A stretch of 64,000 nucleotides of DNA from Chloroherpetonaceae bacterium. Lineage in GTDB: Bacteria; Bacteroidota; Chlorobiia; Chlorobiales; Thermochlorobacteraceae. The notes below the pieces were generated by a model. That model saw only the letters and a program-made list of their open reading frames with translations, was not told where the DNA came from and made no database searches. Position numbers and translations under genes: made by a program. Position 1 is the first letter of the stretch; every line of letters begins with the position of its first letter. The stretch covers positions 2,146-66,145 of the forward strand of contig JANRJQ010000010.1 in NCBI GenBank assembly GCA_033763895.1. The letters are read 5' to 3'. Of this stretch, positions 29,176 through 40,181 are shown in pieces.

Positions 29176-29205
29176 AAAAAATTGGAATAGAAGTGAAATG
29201 AAGAA

Positions 29206-29919
29206 TTAGGCGGCTTTTGAAATCCAAAAGTCGTTGTAATCGTCTTGTGTAATCAAAGTGATGAGGTGGCTCTTCGCCATTTCTAAAATGGCAAGAAAGG
29301 TCACAACAATTTCAATTCGATCGGCAAATTGAGATACCGTTTCGATAAAAGATAGTTGAACCTTTTCTTCGAGTGCTTTCAAAATAAATTCAGTTTGCTG
29401 TTCAATCGTTACAGGGATTCGTTTGATTTCGTGAACCGTTTTCTTAGGCATTTTTTCAATGGCTCTTCGATAGGCCTGAATCAAATCAAAAAGGGTCGGG
29501 CGTTGAAGCGCATCTTCATCAATCACTCTGGCCTCAACAGTCTCGAAAGTTAATCGGGGGAAAATTAATCGGCGATCTTCTTCAAACCGTTGAAGGGCAA
29601 GAGCCATTTCTTTAAATCGTCGATACTCAAGAAGCTTCTGTACAAGCTCATTGCGAGGGTCAAATTCATCAAGTTCTTTTCCGTGACCGTCTGGCTGTGG
29701 AAGTAACATCTTTGCCTTAATGCTCATTAAAACGGAGGCCATATAAATGAAATCCGAGGCGATTTCAAGATCAAGCTCTCGCATTGCATCCAAATATTCC
29801 ATAAAGTTTTTGAGTATGTGGGTAATTGGAATATCATAAATATCAATTTCATCACGCTTGATAAAAAAGAGCAAAAGATCTAACGGACCTTCAAATTCGG
29901 TGAGTTGTATTCGATACAT
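29206..29919 (-). CDS. scpA: Segregation and condensation protein A
   Basis: 237 aa with the ScpA N-terminus 'FEGPLDLLLFFIKRDEIDIYDIPI'. Confidence 0.85.
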   Translation of the reverse strand: MYRIQLTEFEGPLDLLLFFIKRDEIDIYDIPITHILKNFMEYLDAMRELDLEIASDFIYMASVLMSIKAKMLLPQPDGHGKELDEFDPRNELVQKLLEYRRFKEMALALQRFEEDRRLIFPRLTFETVEARVIDEDALQRPTLFDLIQAYRRAIEKMPKKTVHEIKRIPVTIEQQTEFILKALEEKVQLSFIETVSQFADRIEIVVTFLAILEMAKSHLITLITQDDYNDFWISKAA

Positions 29920-29957
29920 TAGTGATTAATGCAAATTTCATCAAGACAAAAACTTAA

Positions 29958-30011
29958 TAAAAAAAATATGGGCGAAGTCAAAACCTTATTGGTCAATGAA
30001 TTCGCCCATAT
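29958..30011 (-). terminator. Rho-independent terminator of the HK/RR operon (large-loop hairpin)
   Basis: Perfect 11-bp stem ATATGGGCGAA (29966-29976) / TTCGCCCATAT (30001-30011) with a 24-nt loop. On the minus strand it is followed by T8. Confidence 0.6.
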
Positions 30012-30025
30012 AAATCAAAAAAGAC

Positions 30026-31018
30026 TTAAGAACCGAAAATTTTCCGTGCTGTTCTTAATTTTTCTCTCCACCAATTACCTTTTTCCGGTGCATTTTTTTC
30101 AACGATTGTTGGCGCCACTTCCTTTGCAACATAATGAATATTTCGGAGTGGCTGCGCACGGTACGAACGCGCTCTTGCCATTGCAGACTGTATCGTTTTA
30201 TCAAGATCTTCAACAGAGCAAGGCTTGACATGATATCGGTACACTTGAAACTCATTAATCGACTTAATGGCTAAAAGAGCATCGCGTACTTGTGTAAGAA
30301 GAATAATCACAATGTTGGGATACTCTTGCTTAACAGCATAGAGAAAATCCATACCATCGTCTGTATTCAAATTTAAATCCGAAAGCATTACATAAATATC
30401 ATTGTTGGAAAGATGGTTGAATGCTTCATCAACAGAGAGTGCCGGGAGCACATTATACTTCTTCTCGAATACTTTTATCATTGCATTCAACTGCTCTTTG
30501 TTGAACTCAACAATTAATAAATTTTCTTTTTGACCACTCGTAATGGCAGGCATTTGGTCTATTTCATCAGCATCAGAGATGTCTGCAGTTTCAACCGTGG
30601 CTTTCATCACATCACTCTTATTGGGATAAATCTGACCAACTTTTTGCGCGATTTCAACGGCAGCCGCCACGGTCTCGCGCAATTGATCTACCTTCCACGG
30701 CTTTGTCAAAAAGCGAAACACTTCACCCGAATTGACAGAACTCATAATTGCATCCAAATCTGAATAGCCCGTCAATAGGATACGTATGGTACTTGGACTA
30801 ATGGTTTTGATAATCCTCAAGACTTCGTGACCAAGCATCCCCGGCATCCGTTGGTCGCTCAAAACAACATGTATTTGATTTTGACGAACAACCTCTATGG
30901 CGTCTTTACCATTCGTTGCGGTAAAAATATTATACTGTCTGCGAAAAGTGGCCGAAAGTGATTGTAACACTAAAGGCTCGTCATCAACAAGAAGGATATT
31001 GATATTTGATTCCGGCAT
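30026..31018 (-). CDS. Response regulator with two receiver domains (the second is degenerate) and no output domain
   Basis: 330 aa. REC1 has 'ILLVDDEPLV...VVLSDQRMPG...TKPW'. REC2 has 'LLIVEFNKEQ...VMLSDLNLNTDDG...VKPC', so the acidic pair is replaced by EF. Confidence 0.8.
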   Translation of the reverse strand: MPESNINILLVDDEPLVLQSLSATFRRQYNIFTATNGKDAIEVVRQNQIHVVLSDQRMPGMLGHEVLRIIKTISPSTIRILLTGYSDLDAIMSSVNSGEVFRFLTKPWKVDQLRETVAAAVEIAQKVGQIYPNKSDVMKATVETADISDADEIDQMPAITSGQKENLLIVEFNKEQLNAMIKVFEKKYNVLPALSVDEAFNHLSNNDIYVMLSDLNLNTDDGMDFLYAVKQEYPNIVIILLTQVRDALLAIKSINEFQVYRYHVKPCSVEDLDKTIQSAMARARSYRAQPLRNIHYVAKEVAPTIVEKNAPEKGNWWREKLRTARKIFGS

Positions 31019-31107
31019 AAAACCTCGCTAAGCGTTAAAAAACAATGAATTTCTATAAATGTTGAAGAATCAAAAGGCGTAACAACACAGAACTCAATTT
31101 ACGCAAA

Positions 31108-32862
31108 TTAATTCAAAACCGACTCATTCGAGAAGACTTGTTCCACTTTTTCATCCCCAGCTTTCTTGATTGGCAAATAAATGAAAAAGTCGGTTCCGTG
31201 TCCAACGCGACTCTTGACTTCGATACGGCCTTTGTGACCGACTTCGATAATTTTTTTGGAAATTGAAAGACCTAAACCCGTTCCTTTTCCTACAGGTTTT
31301 GTCGTAAAGAAAGGATCAAAAATCTTTGAAATTACTTCCTGCGGAATTCCTTTTCCATTATCAGAAATTTGAACAATCAAATCATTTCCTTGTGTACTCG
31401 TTTTGATAAGTAAAGAACCTTGCCCCTTTTCCTCGCAGGCGTGAGCGGCATTGGTAATGATATTCAAAAAAACTTGGTTTAACTGAGCCGCTGAGCAAAG
31501 AATATCCGGCACATTCGCATAATTCTTTGTAACGGTCATATGCCGTTTAAGAATGTGATTGGCGATAACTAATGTTGAATCCAAGCAATTATTAATATTA
31601 GCTCGTTGCTGATTGGCTTGGTCTAAACGCGAAAAATTCTTCAAATTTGAGATGAGTTCTTGAATCCGATCAAGACCTTCAAGGGTACTGGTTAAAAGAG
31701 ATTTATTTTCATCTACAATACCAATTTTTTGAACCGATGTCACCTTTTGAATTGCGCTTGGAGCCACTTTTGATAACGTTTCAAAATCCTGCTTTTCAAT
31801 GGCTGCTGTCATCTCACCGGCTGCTTCAACCGCTTCAAGCAAATCAATTTCATTTGCACTGATAATTTCAACATTGCTACGAACAAAGCCTAAAGGTGTA
31901 TTCATTTCATGAGCCAAACCAGCAACCATTTGTCCGAGCGAAGCCATTTTTTCAGATTGAACGAGTTGGTCTTGAGATTCACTGATAATTTTCGATTGGC
32001 GTCTCAGTGAAATCGTCAAACGAATCGCCATAAACGCAAAAACGAGCAAACTGGAAATAAGCGCAGCCAATTGGAATATTTGAAGCCTTTTGCTTCGTTC
32101 ACTTGCAAGTTGACCCAGTGTAACGATAAAATCTCGAGTGGATGAAAGCACGATATCATCATTCACAATAGAATAATCGACCGCAGCTTCAAGCGCTACT
32201 TGATCAATTTTTTTTGTTTGCTCAAATGTCTTGAAAATTTTCATCAAATTCTCTTTTTTCTCGTCCCAATGCGCAAATGAGGTATCAACGGTCGCTTTTG
32301 CACGAGGGTCAGTAACAGGTGTTACTTCAATCGAAGCACCGTCAATATCGAGAATTCCGCCATATTGCATTGCGGCAACCGTTTTTCCGTACATTTCAAG
32401 AGCTTCTCGATACTTGGTAAAGTCGGCATAAATTGCTTCACGCTTTGAAATAATTTGTGGGATTAAAGCAGTATCGATCGGTGCAATGATTAATTGATAG
32501 GTTTCGATAGGCTTACCTTTGCTTTTCTTAAGTGCCGCGGCAATTTGTTCATCTGTAAGCCGTATGGTATCAATTCTAGGGGAAATCATTGGGTACAAAT
32601 CCGGGTCGATATTGGCTTGTTCAATCATCCCGTTAAGAAGAACAAACCCGGTTTGCGTGTTGCTAACATAAGTCAAAGACTTTTGCCAAAATTCCTGTTG
32701 CTTCGTTGCACAAAAGATTTGTTCAGCATCTCGCTTACTGTCTTGTGAGAGAATCAAATTAACAACAAAGACTGAGGCTACAAGGACAAGGAAAATTGAG
32801 CCATAAATAATCAGTTCCGTGTATCGTATCGTTGTTTGTTTTTCATCCTTCTGTTGTGCCAT
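31108..32862 (-). CDS. Sensor histidine kinase with a large extracytoplasmic domain between two TM helices
   Basis: 584 aa. H-box '[11 protein letters not shown]', N-box 'NIITNAAHA', G-boxes 'DNGKGI' and 'GTGLGL'. TM segments lie near aa 17-38 and 262-285. Confidence 0.85.
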   Translation of the reverse strand: MAQQKDEKQTTIRYTELIIYGSIFLVLVASVFVVNLILSQDSKRDAEQIFCATKQQEFWQKSLTYVSNTQTGFVLLNGMIEQANIDPDLYPMISPRIDTIRLTDEQIAAALKKSKGKPIETYQLIIAPIDTALIPQIISKREAIYADFTKYREALEMYGKTVAAMQYGGILDIDGASIEVTPVTDPRAKATVDTSFAHWDEKKENLMKIFKTFEQTKKIDQVALEAAVDYSIVNDDIVLSSTRDFIVTLGQLASERSKRLQIFQLAALISSLLVFAFMAIRLTISLRRQSKIISESQDQLVQSEKMASLGQMVAGLAHEMNTPLGFVRSNVEIISANEIDLLEAVEAAGEMTAAIEKQDFETLSKVAPSAIQKVTSVQKIGIVDENKSLLTSTLEGLDRIQELISNLKNFSRLDQANQQRANINNCLDSTLVIANHILKRHMTVTKNYANVPDILCSAAQLNQVFLNIITNAAHACEEKGQGSLLIKTSTQGNDLIVQISDNGKGIPQEVISKIFDPFFTTKPVGKGTGLGLSISKKIIEVGHKGRIEVKSRVGHGTDFFIYLPIKKAGDEKVEQVFSNESVLN

Positions 32863-33025
32863 AAGAAGACCAATGGTTTTGTTGTGAAAAAGTGATGAGC
32901 CGGTTTTCTACAATGAACTCAATTTTGAAAGGTAATTCCACTAAAATCCTCAAAGAATATACCTTCACATTTCGAAAAAAAAAATTTATTGGGCTTTTCT
33001 TAAACGCTTGTTAATCATTTGTAAA

Positions 33026-33964
33026 TCAGATGTTTTTTTTGATAATATCCGAAATGGCTCCCTCTAATTCAGGAAATTGAAATAAAAACCCGTTTTTGAT
33101 GAGTTTTTCCGGTGAAACCCGTTGGCCTTCAGAAATTACTTCGGCCGCTTCTCCAAAAAGAACCTGCAACACCGCATTAGGTACAGAAATCAGTGAAGGT
33201 CTCTTCAATACTTTTCCAAGTGTTTTTGCAAATTCGTTCATTAATACAGGTTTTGGTGCAACTGAATTCACCGGGCCCTCTAATGAAGAACTTTCGAGAG
33301 CATATTGAATAACTTTTATTTCATCTTCCAAATGAATCCAAGGAACCCACTGTAGCCCTGAACCAATTGGGCCGCCTGAAAAAAGCTGAAAAGGGGGAAT
33401 CATTTTCGAGAGTGCCCCGCTTTTTGTAGAAAGCACGATTCCAGTTCGAATCGTAACCACACGAACATGTTCATTCGAGACCTCTAAAGCAAATTTTTCC
33501 CAATCAACACAGACTTTGGATAAAAAATCATGTCCCGGTAAATCCTTTTCGGTAAAAATCGATGCTTCATGACCGTGCGGAGAATTACCATAATAGCCAA
33601 CGGCTGAAGCACAGATAAAAACAAATTTCTTTTGTCCTAAACGGCTGAGCCGCTGAAGCGACTGAGCTATGGCTTGTGTGGTTAAAATTCTTGAATCGTA
33701 AATTTCCTTTTTGGTTTCATCATTCCATCGAACTCCTACAGGAGCCCCTGCGAGATGAATAACCGCATCACAGTCTTGTAAAATCAAATCAAGCGATTCA
33801 CTATTCATTCGGGGAAGATGCCCTGTTTTTTTAAGAAAAGGAAATTTTTGGAGCAGTTGGTCGGGATTTCGACCTAAGGCTGAAATCGAATGCCCCTCGC
33901 TGTTTAATTTCTTTGCAAGAAATTCACCGATAAGCCCATTAATACCTGTTATTACAATTTTCAT
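33026..33964 (-). CDS. TIGR01777/YfcH-like NAD-dependent epimerase family protein (SDR with a DUF1731 C-terminus)
   Basis: 312 aa. It has an N-terminal Rossmann 'ITGINGLIG' and a C-terminal 'GQRVSPEKLIKNGFLFQFPEL' pattern. Confidence 0.75.
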   Translation of the reverse strand: MKIVITGINGLIGEFLAKKLNSEGHSISALGRNPDQLLQKFPFLKKTGHLPRMNSESLDLILQDCDAVIHLAGAPVGVRWNDETKKEIYDSRILTTQAIAQSLQRLSRLGQKKFVFICASAVGYYGNSPHGHEASIFTEKDLPGHDFLSKVCVDWEKFALEVSNEHVRVVTIRTGIVLSTKSGALSKMIPPFQLFSGGPIGSGLQWVPWIHLEDEIKVIQYALESSSLEGPVNSVAPKPVLMNEFAKTLGKVLKRPSLISVPNAVLQVLFGEAAEVISEGQRVSPEKLIKNGFLFQFPELEGAISDIIKKNI

Positions 33965-34022
33965 GTGTTCGAAATGTGTTCAACTCTTAAAAATGGCTTT
34001 CTAAATAAATAATTCCACGAAT

Positions 34023-34046
34023 AAAAAAAGCCACCCGAAGGTGGCT
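34023..34046 (-). terminator. Rho-independent terminator of rpsA
   Basis: Stem AGCCACC / GGTGGCT with loop CGAA. On the minus strand it is followed by T7 (plus-strand A-run 34023-34029). Confidence 0.7.
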
Positions 34047-34067
34047 TTCGATTCAATCAGCGAATCA

Positions 34068-35840
34068 TTAACTTTTCATCATATCAACAGACGCCAAATC
34101 CGGAGTCGGAAGTGGTGTATCTAAGGCGGTAACCGCTTCTTGAATTTTCTGCTTTTCATTCGGATGAGCCGCTAAGTAGGCATCAATTTCTTCCTTACTC
34201 TTTCCTTTAAAGTATTCAAGTGCAGATAGAATGATACGACGGTTTTCCTTATCAAACTCAATCACTTTCAGCGGTAGTTCATCACCCGATTTAAAGGAGG
34301 TTTTCAAATCTGCAACCCCGCCTTTAAGTAAATGTGAAGCAGGAACAAACCCATCAACACCAAGCGGCAACTCAACAAGTACACCTTTTTCGATAATCGA
34401 AGAAACTTTTGCTTTCGTTTCTGTACCGGTGGCATAAACTGATTCAAAGTTATTCCACGGGTCTTCAGTCACTTGTTTATGACCCAAAGCAATTCTTCTT
34501 GCCTTTACATCAACTTTCAAAACTTTAACATCCAATTCGTCACCCTTCTTTACCATTTCGCCGGGATGTCGAATCTTGCGAGTCCAAGAGAGATCGGAAA
34601 TATGAACCAACCCATCAACACCGGTTTCAAGCTCTACAAATACACCAAAATCGGTGAGATTTCGAACAACTCCCTTATGAATGGTATCAAGAGCATACTT
34701 TTCAGCCAGTTTTTGCCAAGGGTCGGATTCCGTTTGCTTCATTGAAAGTGAAAGCTTGGTGTTTTCCTTATCAATGTTGAGAATAATACACTCAACTTCT
34801 TGGCCCATAGCAACAAATTGACTGGGATGCTTGATATGCTGTGTCCAAGACATTTCGGAGATATGAACAAGACCTTCAATTCCTTTTTCAATTTCAATAA
34901 AAACTCCATAATCGGTAATGGATACCACTTTACCTTTAACGCGGGTACCAATTTGATATTTACCTTCAATGTCTTGCCACGGATGAGGCGTAAGCTGTTT
35001 CATACCCAATGAAACACGCTGTTTATCTCCATCATAACCAATAACCACAACTTTAATCGGCTCATCAAGTTTAACCGCTTCTGAGGGGTGTTGGATTCTG
35101 CCCCAAGTGATGTCAGTGATATGTACCAAACCATCTAAACCACCGAGATCAACAAAAATTCCGAAGTCAGTAATATTCTTCACGGTTCCTTCAAGCACCA
35201 TTCCAACTTTGATATTGGAAAGCATTTCTTGACGGCGAGATTCATATTCAGCTTCAAGAATAACTTTATGACTCACAACGATATTGTTGGTCAAAGGATT
35301 AATCTTAACAACACGGAAATCCATTGATTGACCGACTAATGCATCGAAATCGCGAACTGGCTTAACATCAATTTGAGATCCGGGTAAAAATGCTTCAACC
35401 CCACCAAGAGAGACGGTCATTCCACCTTTCACACGGCTTGTAATCTTTCCGTTCAAAATGGTGGTTTTTTCGAGAGATTCACGAATCTTGTCCCAAATAC
35501 GCATCATATCAGCGGTTTTTTTGGAAAGATTCAACTGACCCATTTTGTCTTCGAGGCTCTCAAGATATACCTCAACATCATCGCCGACTTTTAATTTATC
35601 AGGCTCACGGAATTCCATCAACGCAACAACACCTTCCGACTTAGCGCCGATATCGATGGTTACATCTTTTTCCGAAATACTGACAATTCGCCCTCTAACG
35701 ATTTCACCAGCGTTTAATTCGTTCAAAGTACCTGAATACATTGCTTCAAGCATCTGAATTTCATCCGGCAAATAGTCGGCAAAAATCTTTGCTATCTTCT
35801 TTTTCTTAGTCTTCTCCTGCGGAGTATCTACAAGTTGCAT
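34068..35840 (-). CDS. rpsA: 30S ribosomal protein S1
   Basis: Six tandem S1 OB-fold repeats (recurring 'G.V..I.DFG.FV.L..G.DGL.HIS' pattern). The track ORF extends to a GTG at 35972. The ATG at 35840 ('[10 protein letters not shown]') gives a more typical ~590-aa protein. Confidence 0.9.
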   Translation of the reverse strand: MQLVDTPQEKTKKKKIAKIFADYLPDEIQMLEAMYSGTLNELNAGEIVRGRIVSISEKDVTIDIGAKSEGVVALMEFREPDKLKVGDDVEVYLESLEDKMGQLNLSKKTADMMRIWDKIRESLEKTTILNGKITSRVKGGMTVSLGGVEAFLPGSQIDVKPVRDFDALVGQSMDFRVVKINPLTNNIVVSHKVILEAEYESRRQEMLSNIKVGMVLEGTVKNITDFGIFVDLGGLDGLVHITDITWGRIQHPSEAVKLDEPIKVVVIGYDGDKQRVSLGMKQLTPHPWQDIEGKYQIGTRVKGKVVSITDYGVFIEIEKGIEGLVHISEMSWTQHIKHPSQFVAMGQEVECIILNIDKENTKLSLSMKQTESDPWQKLAEKYALDTIHKGVVRNLTDFGVFVELETGVDGLVHISDLSWTRKIRHPGEMVKKGDELDVKVLKVDVKARRIALGHKQVTEDPWNNFESVYATGTETKAKVSSIIEKGVLVELPLGVDGFVPASHLLKGGVADLKTSFKSGDELPLKVIEFDKENRRIILSALEYFKGKSKEEIDAYLAAHPNEKQKIQEAVTALDTPLPTPDLASVDMMKS

Positions 35841-36305
35841 AAGTGAATCTCTCTTTGTTTTACCGCTTTCGACGCAAGAGAGAACGTCGGGCAGTTTTTG
35901 GTTAAAAAAAATCGAAACACTCTCTGAATACTTAAGACGCAAAAAGCGAACAACTTTCGCCGTTCGCTCCACTTTGTTCCATCAACTGATGATTACGAGG
36001 TGACTTACACCAAATTATTTTTTAGCGTCATAATATTTAGATGAAGTAGTGGCGCATGACAAAAAAAGAACTTGGCTCGGCCGTTACAATAAAACGTATG
36101 AATATGAATGTCAAAATGGACTCACGAATTATCGCTAGACTGTGGCATTAAAGAAGAAATTTATTGCCATACAAACGAACCGAACGAACAAAAAAATAAT
36201 GATTGCAATAATCAAAATTTATTTCTTTGGGCTGCAAAGATAGAGAAAATTCACTACAATGCAAATCAAATTTTTCTCAAAATGAGAATGTGAATCTTTG
36301 ATTGG

Positions 36306-38363
36306 CTAAGTCAAACCACCATTAATTTTAACGCCAATTTCGTCTTCCATTTTTTTGATTTCATCTCTAAGGTATGCAGCTTTTTCATATTCCATTTTGT
36401 CCGACGCTTCCTGCATTTCGATATACATTTGCGTGATCATTTCAATGATGTCTTCCTTTGACATTTTTGCAAGTTGTTCGCTGAGAATATCTTTTGGAGA
36501 ATCCGAGTGGATTTTGAGTTCGCGTTTTTGTTGGCGAATCGCAGCATCAGCGATACTTGTACCAACAATAACCTGATCGACACTTTTTTGAATGGTTTTT
36601 GGAGTGATGCCATTTTCTCGATTATACTCCTCCTGTAATTTTCTCCTTCGGGCGGTTTCGTCAATAACGGCTTTCATTGAATCGGTAATTTTATCGGCAT
36701 AAAAGACCACCAACCCATTGACATTGCGCGCTGCACGACCTGAAATCTGAAAAAGCGATTTTTTATCTCTCAGGAAACCCTCTTTATCAGCATCAAGTAT
36801 GGCGACAAGCGAAACCTCCGGTAAATCAAGCCCTTCACGAAGAAGATTAACCCCAACAAGAACATCAAATGCATTAGTTCTAAGGTCGCGTAAAATTTGA
36901 ACTCGATCCAATGCCTTGACTTCGCTGTGAAGATATTGAGAACGAATGCCGATTTTATCAAGGTAATCTTGCAAATCCTCCGACATCCTTTTGGTGAGGG
37001 TTAACACCAAACATTTTTCACCGACTTTGACCCGTTTGCGGATCTCTTCAAGCAAATCATCGATTTGATTTTTCACCGGTCGAACGGTGATTTCAGGGTC
37101 TAAAAGCCCTGTTGGACGAACAATTTGTTCTACCACAACTCCTCCAGATTGCTGAAGCTCAAAATCTGCCGGGGTTGCACTGACATAAATGGTTTGAGGG
37201 GTCATTTGTTCAAATTCTTCAAATCGGAGAGGGCGATTATCGAGTGCTGAAGGAAGCCGGAAGCCGTGTTCAACAAGTACCATTTTTCTCTGACGATCCC
37301 CAGAGTACATTGCTCTGATTTGAGGAAGAGTGACATGCGATTCATCAACCACTAAAAGAAAATCTTTCGGAAAATAATCTAAGAGGCAATAAGGTTTATC
37401 TCCTTCAGCGCGGTTTGAGAGATGTCGTGAGTAGTTTTCAATTCCAGAACAATAGCCAAGTTCTCGCATCATTTCAAGATCATATTTGGTGCGCTCTTCT
37501 AATCTTTGCGCCTCAAGATATTTTCCATCGTCTCTCAGAATATTTAAGCGCCAAACGAGTTCCTTTTGAATATCACGCATTGCACGGTGAAGGTTGTCTT
37601 CCATTGTTACAAATTGCTTCGCCGGATAAATGGTAACCGATCCAATGCGCTCTGTTATTTCACCGGATTTGATATCAAAACTTGAAATCTTTTCAATTTC
37701 ATCCCCAAAAAATTCGACCCGAATCCCAAAATCTTCATAGGCAGGCACAACATCGATGCTATCGCCTCTTACCCGAAATTTCCCTCGGGTGAACTCGACA
37801 TCATTTCTTGTGTAATGAATTCCTACAAGTTCTTGCAAAAATGCTTTTCTAAATTTGTGCTGACCTTCCTCAAGAATAATCACTTGGGATGCCCACTCTT
37901 CGGGTGAACCCAAACCATAAATACACGAAACAGAACTAACGATAATAACATCCTTACGACCGCTAAGCAAAGAGCTTGTCGCACGGAGCCTTAATCGATC
38001 GATTTCATCGTTAATTCGAAAATCTTTAGCGATATACTTGTCGCTTGAAGGGATATAGGCCTCGGGTTGATAAAAATCATAATAAGAGATAAAGTACTCA
38101 ACTGCATTATTTGGGAAAAACTGTTTGAATTCTCCATAAAGCTGTGCCGCAAGCGTTTTATTGTGGCTAATGACTAAAGTCGGTTTATTGACTTTGGCAA
38201 TCACATGAGAGACAGTGAATGTTTTTCCGGAGCCCGTTACACCAAGAAGTGTTTGATATTTATCACCGCGTTCTAAACCCTCATATAACTCTTGAATCGC
38301 TTTGGGCTGATCACCGGAGGGAGAATATTCAGAGTTTACAATAAATTTTCTTTCAGGCGGCAT
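36306..38363 (-). CDS. uvrB: Excinuclease ABC subunit B
   Basis: 685 aa. It has 'GVTGSGKTF', helicase motifs 'VVDESHV' and '[10 protein letters not shown]', and a C-terminal UVR domain '[15 protein letters not shown]'. Confidence 0.95.
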   Translation of the reverse strand: MPPERKFIVNSEYSPSGDQPKAIQELYEGLERGDKYQTLLGVTGSGKTFTVSHVIAKVNKPTLVISHNKTLAAQLYGEFKQFFPNNAVEYFISYYDFYQPEAYIPSSDKYIAKDFRINDEIDRLRLRATSSLLSGRKDVIIVSSVSCIYGLGSPEEWASQVIILEEGQHKFRKAFLQELVGIHYTRNDVEFTRGKFRVRGDSIDVVPAYEDFGIRVEFFGDEIEKISSFDIKSGEITERIGSVTIYPAKQFVTMEDNLHRAMRDIQKELVWRLNILRDDGKYLEAQRLEERTKYDLEMMRELGYCSGIENYSRHLSNRAEGDKPYCLLDYFPKDFLLVVDESHVTLPQIRAMYSGDRQRKMVLVEHGFRLPSALDNRPLRFEEFEQMTPQTIYVSATPADFELQQSGGVVVEQIVRPTGLLDPEITVRPVKNQIDDLLEEIRKRVKVGEKCLVLTLTKRMSEDLQDYLDKIGIRSQYLHSEVKALDRVQILRDLRTNAFDVLVGVNLLREGLDLPEVSLVAILDADKEGFLRDKKSLFQISGRAARNVNGLVVFYADKITDSMKAVIDETARRRKLQEEYNRENGITPKTIQKSVDQVIVGTSIADAAIRQQKRELKIHSDSPKDILSEQLAKMSKEDIIEMITQMYIEMQEASDKMEYEKAAYLRDEIKKMEDEIGVKINGGLT

Positions 38364-38426
38364 TGAAGGTCGAATTGGTTATCGAAAATTGCAAAAGTGA
38401 GAGAATCCTAAAAGGAGGGGGAGTCG

Positions 38427-38499
38427 TGGAGATAAGGAGATTCGAACTCCTGACCTCTGCAGTGCGATTGCAGCGCTCTACCAACTGAGCTATATCCCC
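38427..38499 (-). tRNA. tRNA-Ala (anticodon CGC); CCA not encoded
   Basis: The reverse complement reads GGGGATATAGCTCAGTTGGTAGAGCGCTGCAATCGCACTGCAGAGGTCAGGAGTTCGAATCTCCTTATCTCCA. It has a 7-bp acceptor stem with the G3:U70 alanine identity pair, anticodon loop AUCGCAC, and a T-loop GTTCGAATC. Confidence 0.9.
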
Positions 38500-38634
38500 A
38501 AAATTTTTGCCTTTGCAGAAATCCCAAAAATTTGCTTAAGCAAAAAGTAGAATCAATTTGGAGTAATATTGACTCTCAGACTTTGATGTTGGGTTGCAAA
38601 GATAACGCTTACACTTACGCTCTCCAAATCAAGC

Positions 38635-39570
38635 TTAATGAAGCCGTTTTACCACAATTTCCCAAATGGATTGATCAAGAGGAACAACTAAAAGCCAATG
38701 CTCAAGCAATGCAAGAATGGACATTGTGCCAATCAGTGAAAATCCTACTTGAATCCAAGCCTCATCCGATTGCTTAACTTTGTTCCATACATAAGCAGCA
38801 ATAAGCGTTGTTAGAGTAATTGAAAATGGGAAAAGCCAATTCATATGAGCAATTGTCATATAATGGGTCATACTTTCTACGGTTTCAGGTACAAGCTCCT
38901 TACCTGTATTCATAACGCCAAGAAAAATATTCAGCTTTGCCGATTGATGCATAAACCAAAACATCAAGTAAACATAAAGCCCAAATTTGTTTTTGGCTTT
39001 TGCAGAAATACCAAAAATTAAACATGCTAAAAAGAGTACTAATCCTTCGTGATAGGCACTTTGATGAACCGCTCTGAAAAATGAATCCATTGAGGGCTTG
39101 ATTGAAAAGATCGGTCGAACACGCGGGCCGACAATATACCCCGAGTAAAAACTGACTTCTACAAAAGCCCAAATCAAAACCCCAGCTGTAAATGAAATGT
39201 AGATAGCACGTTCAGAACGATCATTTCGGAAGTGATAAAGTAGGTAAAGTGAAACAAGAGCCAATCCAAGAGAGAATAAAAATGATAAAGTTCTTGTATT
39301 TGGAATAAAGGAGAGATACATGATAACCGCGGTCGAGAACCACCAAAAAATCAAAGAGAAAAAAAATGCGGTAAATACTCTTGACTGCTTTTGGGTTAAG
39401 GGCCATTTGAATCCATTAGAAAAAAAAAGGCGATGTAAACGACGCTCGGGGATGTGATTGTCAAGATTAGTCAATTTATCATCAAGAAAATCGCCCGTTG
39501 TCCTTCGTTGCGATTGAGAGGAACCGGAGTTTATTTGCCGAGTGTCTGAAACTTCTTCTGGCATAGACAA
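38635..39570 (-). CDS. Polytopic inner-membrane protein of unknown function (possibly DUF3623/PuhE-like)
   Basis: 311 aa with a polar ~60-aa N-terminus followed by 7-8 hydrophobic helices. The motifs 'HQSAKLNIFLGVMN' and 'ALLEHWLLVVPL' resemble my recollection of DUF3623; this is not verified. Confidence 0.4.
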   Translation of the reverse strand: MSMPEEVSDTRQINSGSSQSQRRTTGDFLDDKLTNLDNHIPERRLHRLFFSNGFKWPLTQKQSRVFTAFFFSLIFWWFSTAVIMYLSFIPNTRTLSFLFSLGLALVSLYLLYHFRNDRSERAIYISFTAGVLIWAFVEVSFYSGYIVGPRVRPIFSIKPSMDSFFRAVHQSAYHEGLVLFLACLIFGISAKAKNKFGLYVYLMFWFMHQSAKLNIFLGVMNTGKELVPETVESMTHYMTIAHMNWLFPFSITLTTLIAAYVWNKVKQSDEAWIQVGFSLIGTMSILALLEHWLLVVPLDQSIWEIVVKRLH

Positions 39571-39743
39571 GAATTAATTCATTTATTGACTTCTTAAAGT
39601 TACAAAAGTCAATTCCTCATTCCTAAACCAAACTTGTGAACGAGGTAAAGAGAATAAATTTGACTCAAATGAGGTGAAAATCTAAAAAAATTAGGGTGAA
39701 GTGCAACTTTTCTACCGGAAATGAATAAAAAGAGAATTGTAAA

Positions 39744-40181
39744 ATGTTTGATGTGATTCGATTTACATATTTCTTTTTTTCTAAAACAAACGCTTCATCC
39801 AATCTTATGAGTGAAAAGGTTTCTTATCAGCCCTTCTCGAGTGATGTGTATGCAGAGCATTCTGTTTCAAGTTCATCAAAAATCGAACAGTACTCTTTTG
39901 GTGATGTAAAAATCAAGTTTGAAAAAAAGGAAGTTTGGAGAAATGGCGTAAGACTCGATTTGTCTGATAAGGAGTTTCAGCTTTTAAGGTATTTTGTCGA
40001 AAACCGAGGTAAGGTGATTTCTCGTGGTGACTTACTTCGTTTTGTTTGGGGTTATCATCGGCTTCCGAATACAAGAACTGTTGATGTACATGTTGCTTGG
40101 CTTCGTCAAAAAGTAGATCAGCAAGTTAATCCACAATACATTTTAACGATTCACGGAAAAGGGTATAAATTTTCTGCATAG
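39744..40181 (+). CDS. Stand-alone OmpR/PhoB-type winged-helix DNA-binding protein (no receiver domain)
   Basis: 145 aa (an alternative start is the ATG at 39807). The C-terminal ~95 aa match the Trans_reg_C pattern 'LSDKEFQLLRYFVENRGKVISRGDLL...VDVHVAWLRQKV...I.T..GKGYKF'. Confidence 0.7.
   Translation: MFDVIRFTYFFFSKTNASSNLMSEKVSYQPFSSDVYAEHSVSSSSKIEQYSFGDVKIKFEKKEVWRNGVRLDLSDKEFQLLRYFVENRGKVISRGDLLRFVWGYHRLPNTRTVDVHVAWLRQKVDQQVNPQYILTIHGKGYKFSA

Noticed and set aside
38531-38544. A 14-bp perfect palindrome TTTGCTTAAGCAAA between the membrane-protein gene and tRNA-Ala, plus a nearby CTTTGCA heptamer matching the half-site upstream of TldD.
   Set aside because: It is most simply a small AU-rich terminator hairpin (TTTGC-TTAA-GCAAA plus T5 on the minus strand). 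By my rough estimate a 7-mer should occur several times by chance in 64 kb on both strands, so the shared heptamer is not evidence of a common regulator.
39721-39756. 'MNKKRIVKCLM' resembles the start of a response regulator, so it was considered as a remnant of a deleted receiver domain upstream of the orphan winged-helix gene.
   Set aside because: It is only 11 codons and in a different frame. The intergenic space (~175 nt) cannot hold a degraded ~360-nt receiver domain. The resemblance is most likely chance.
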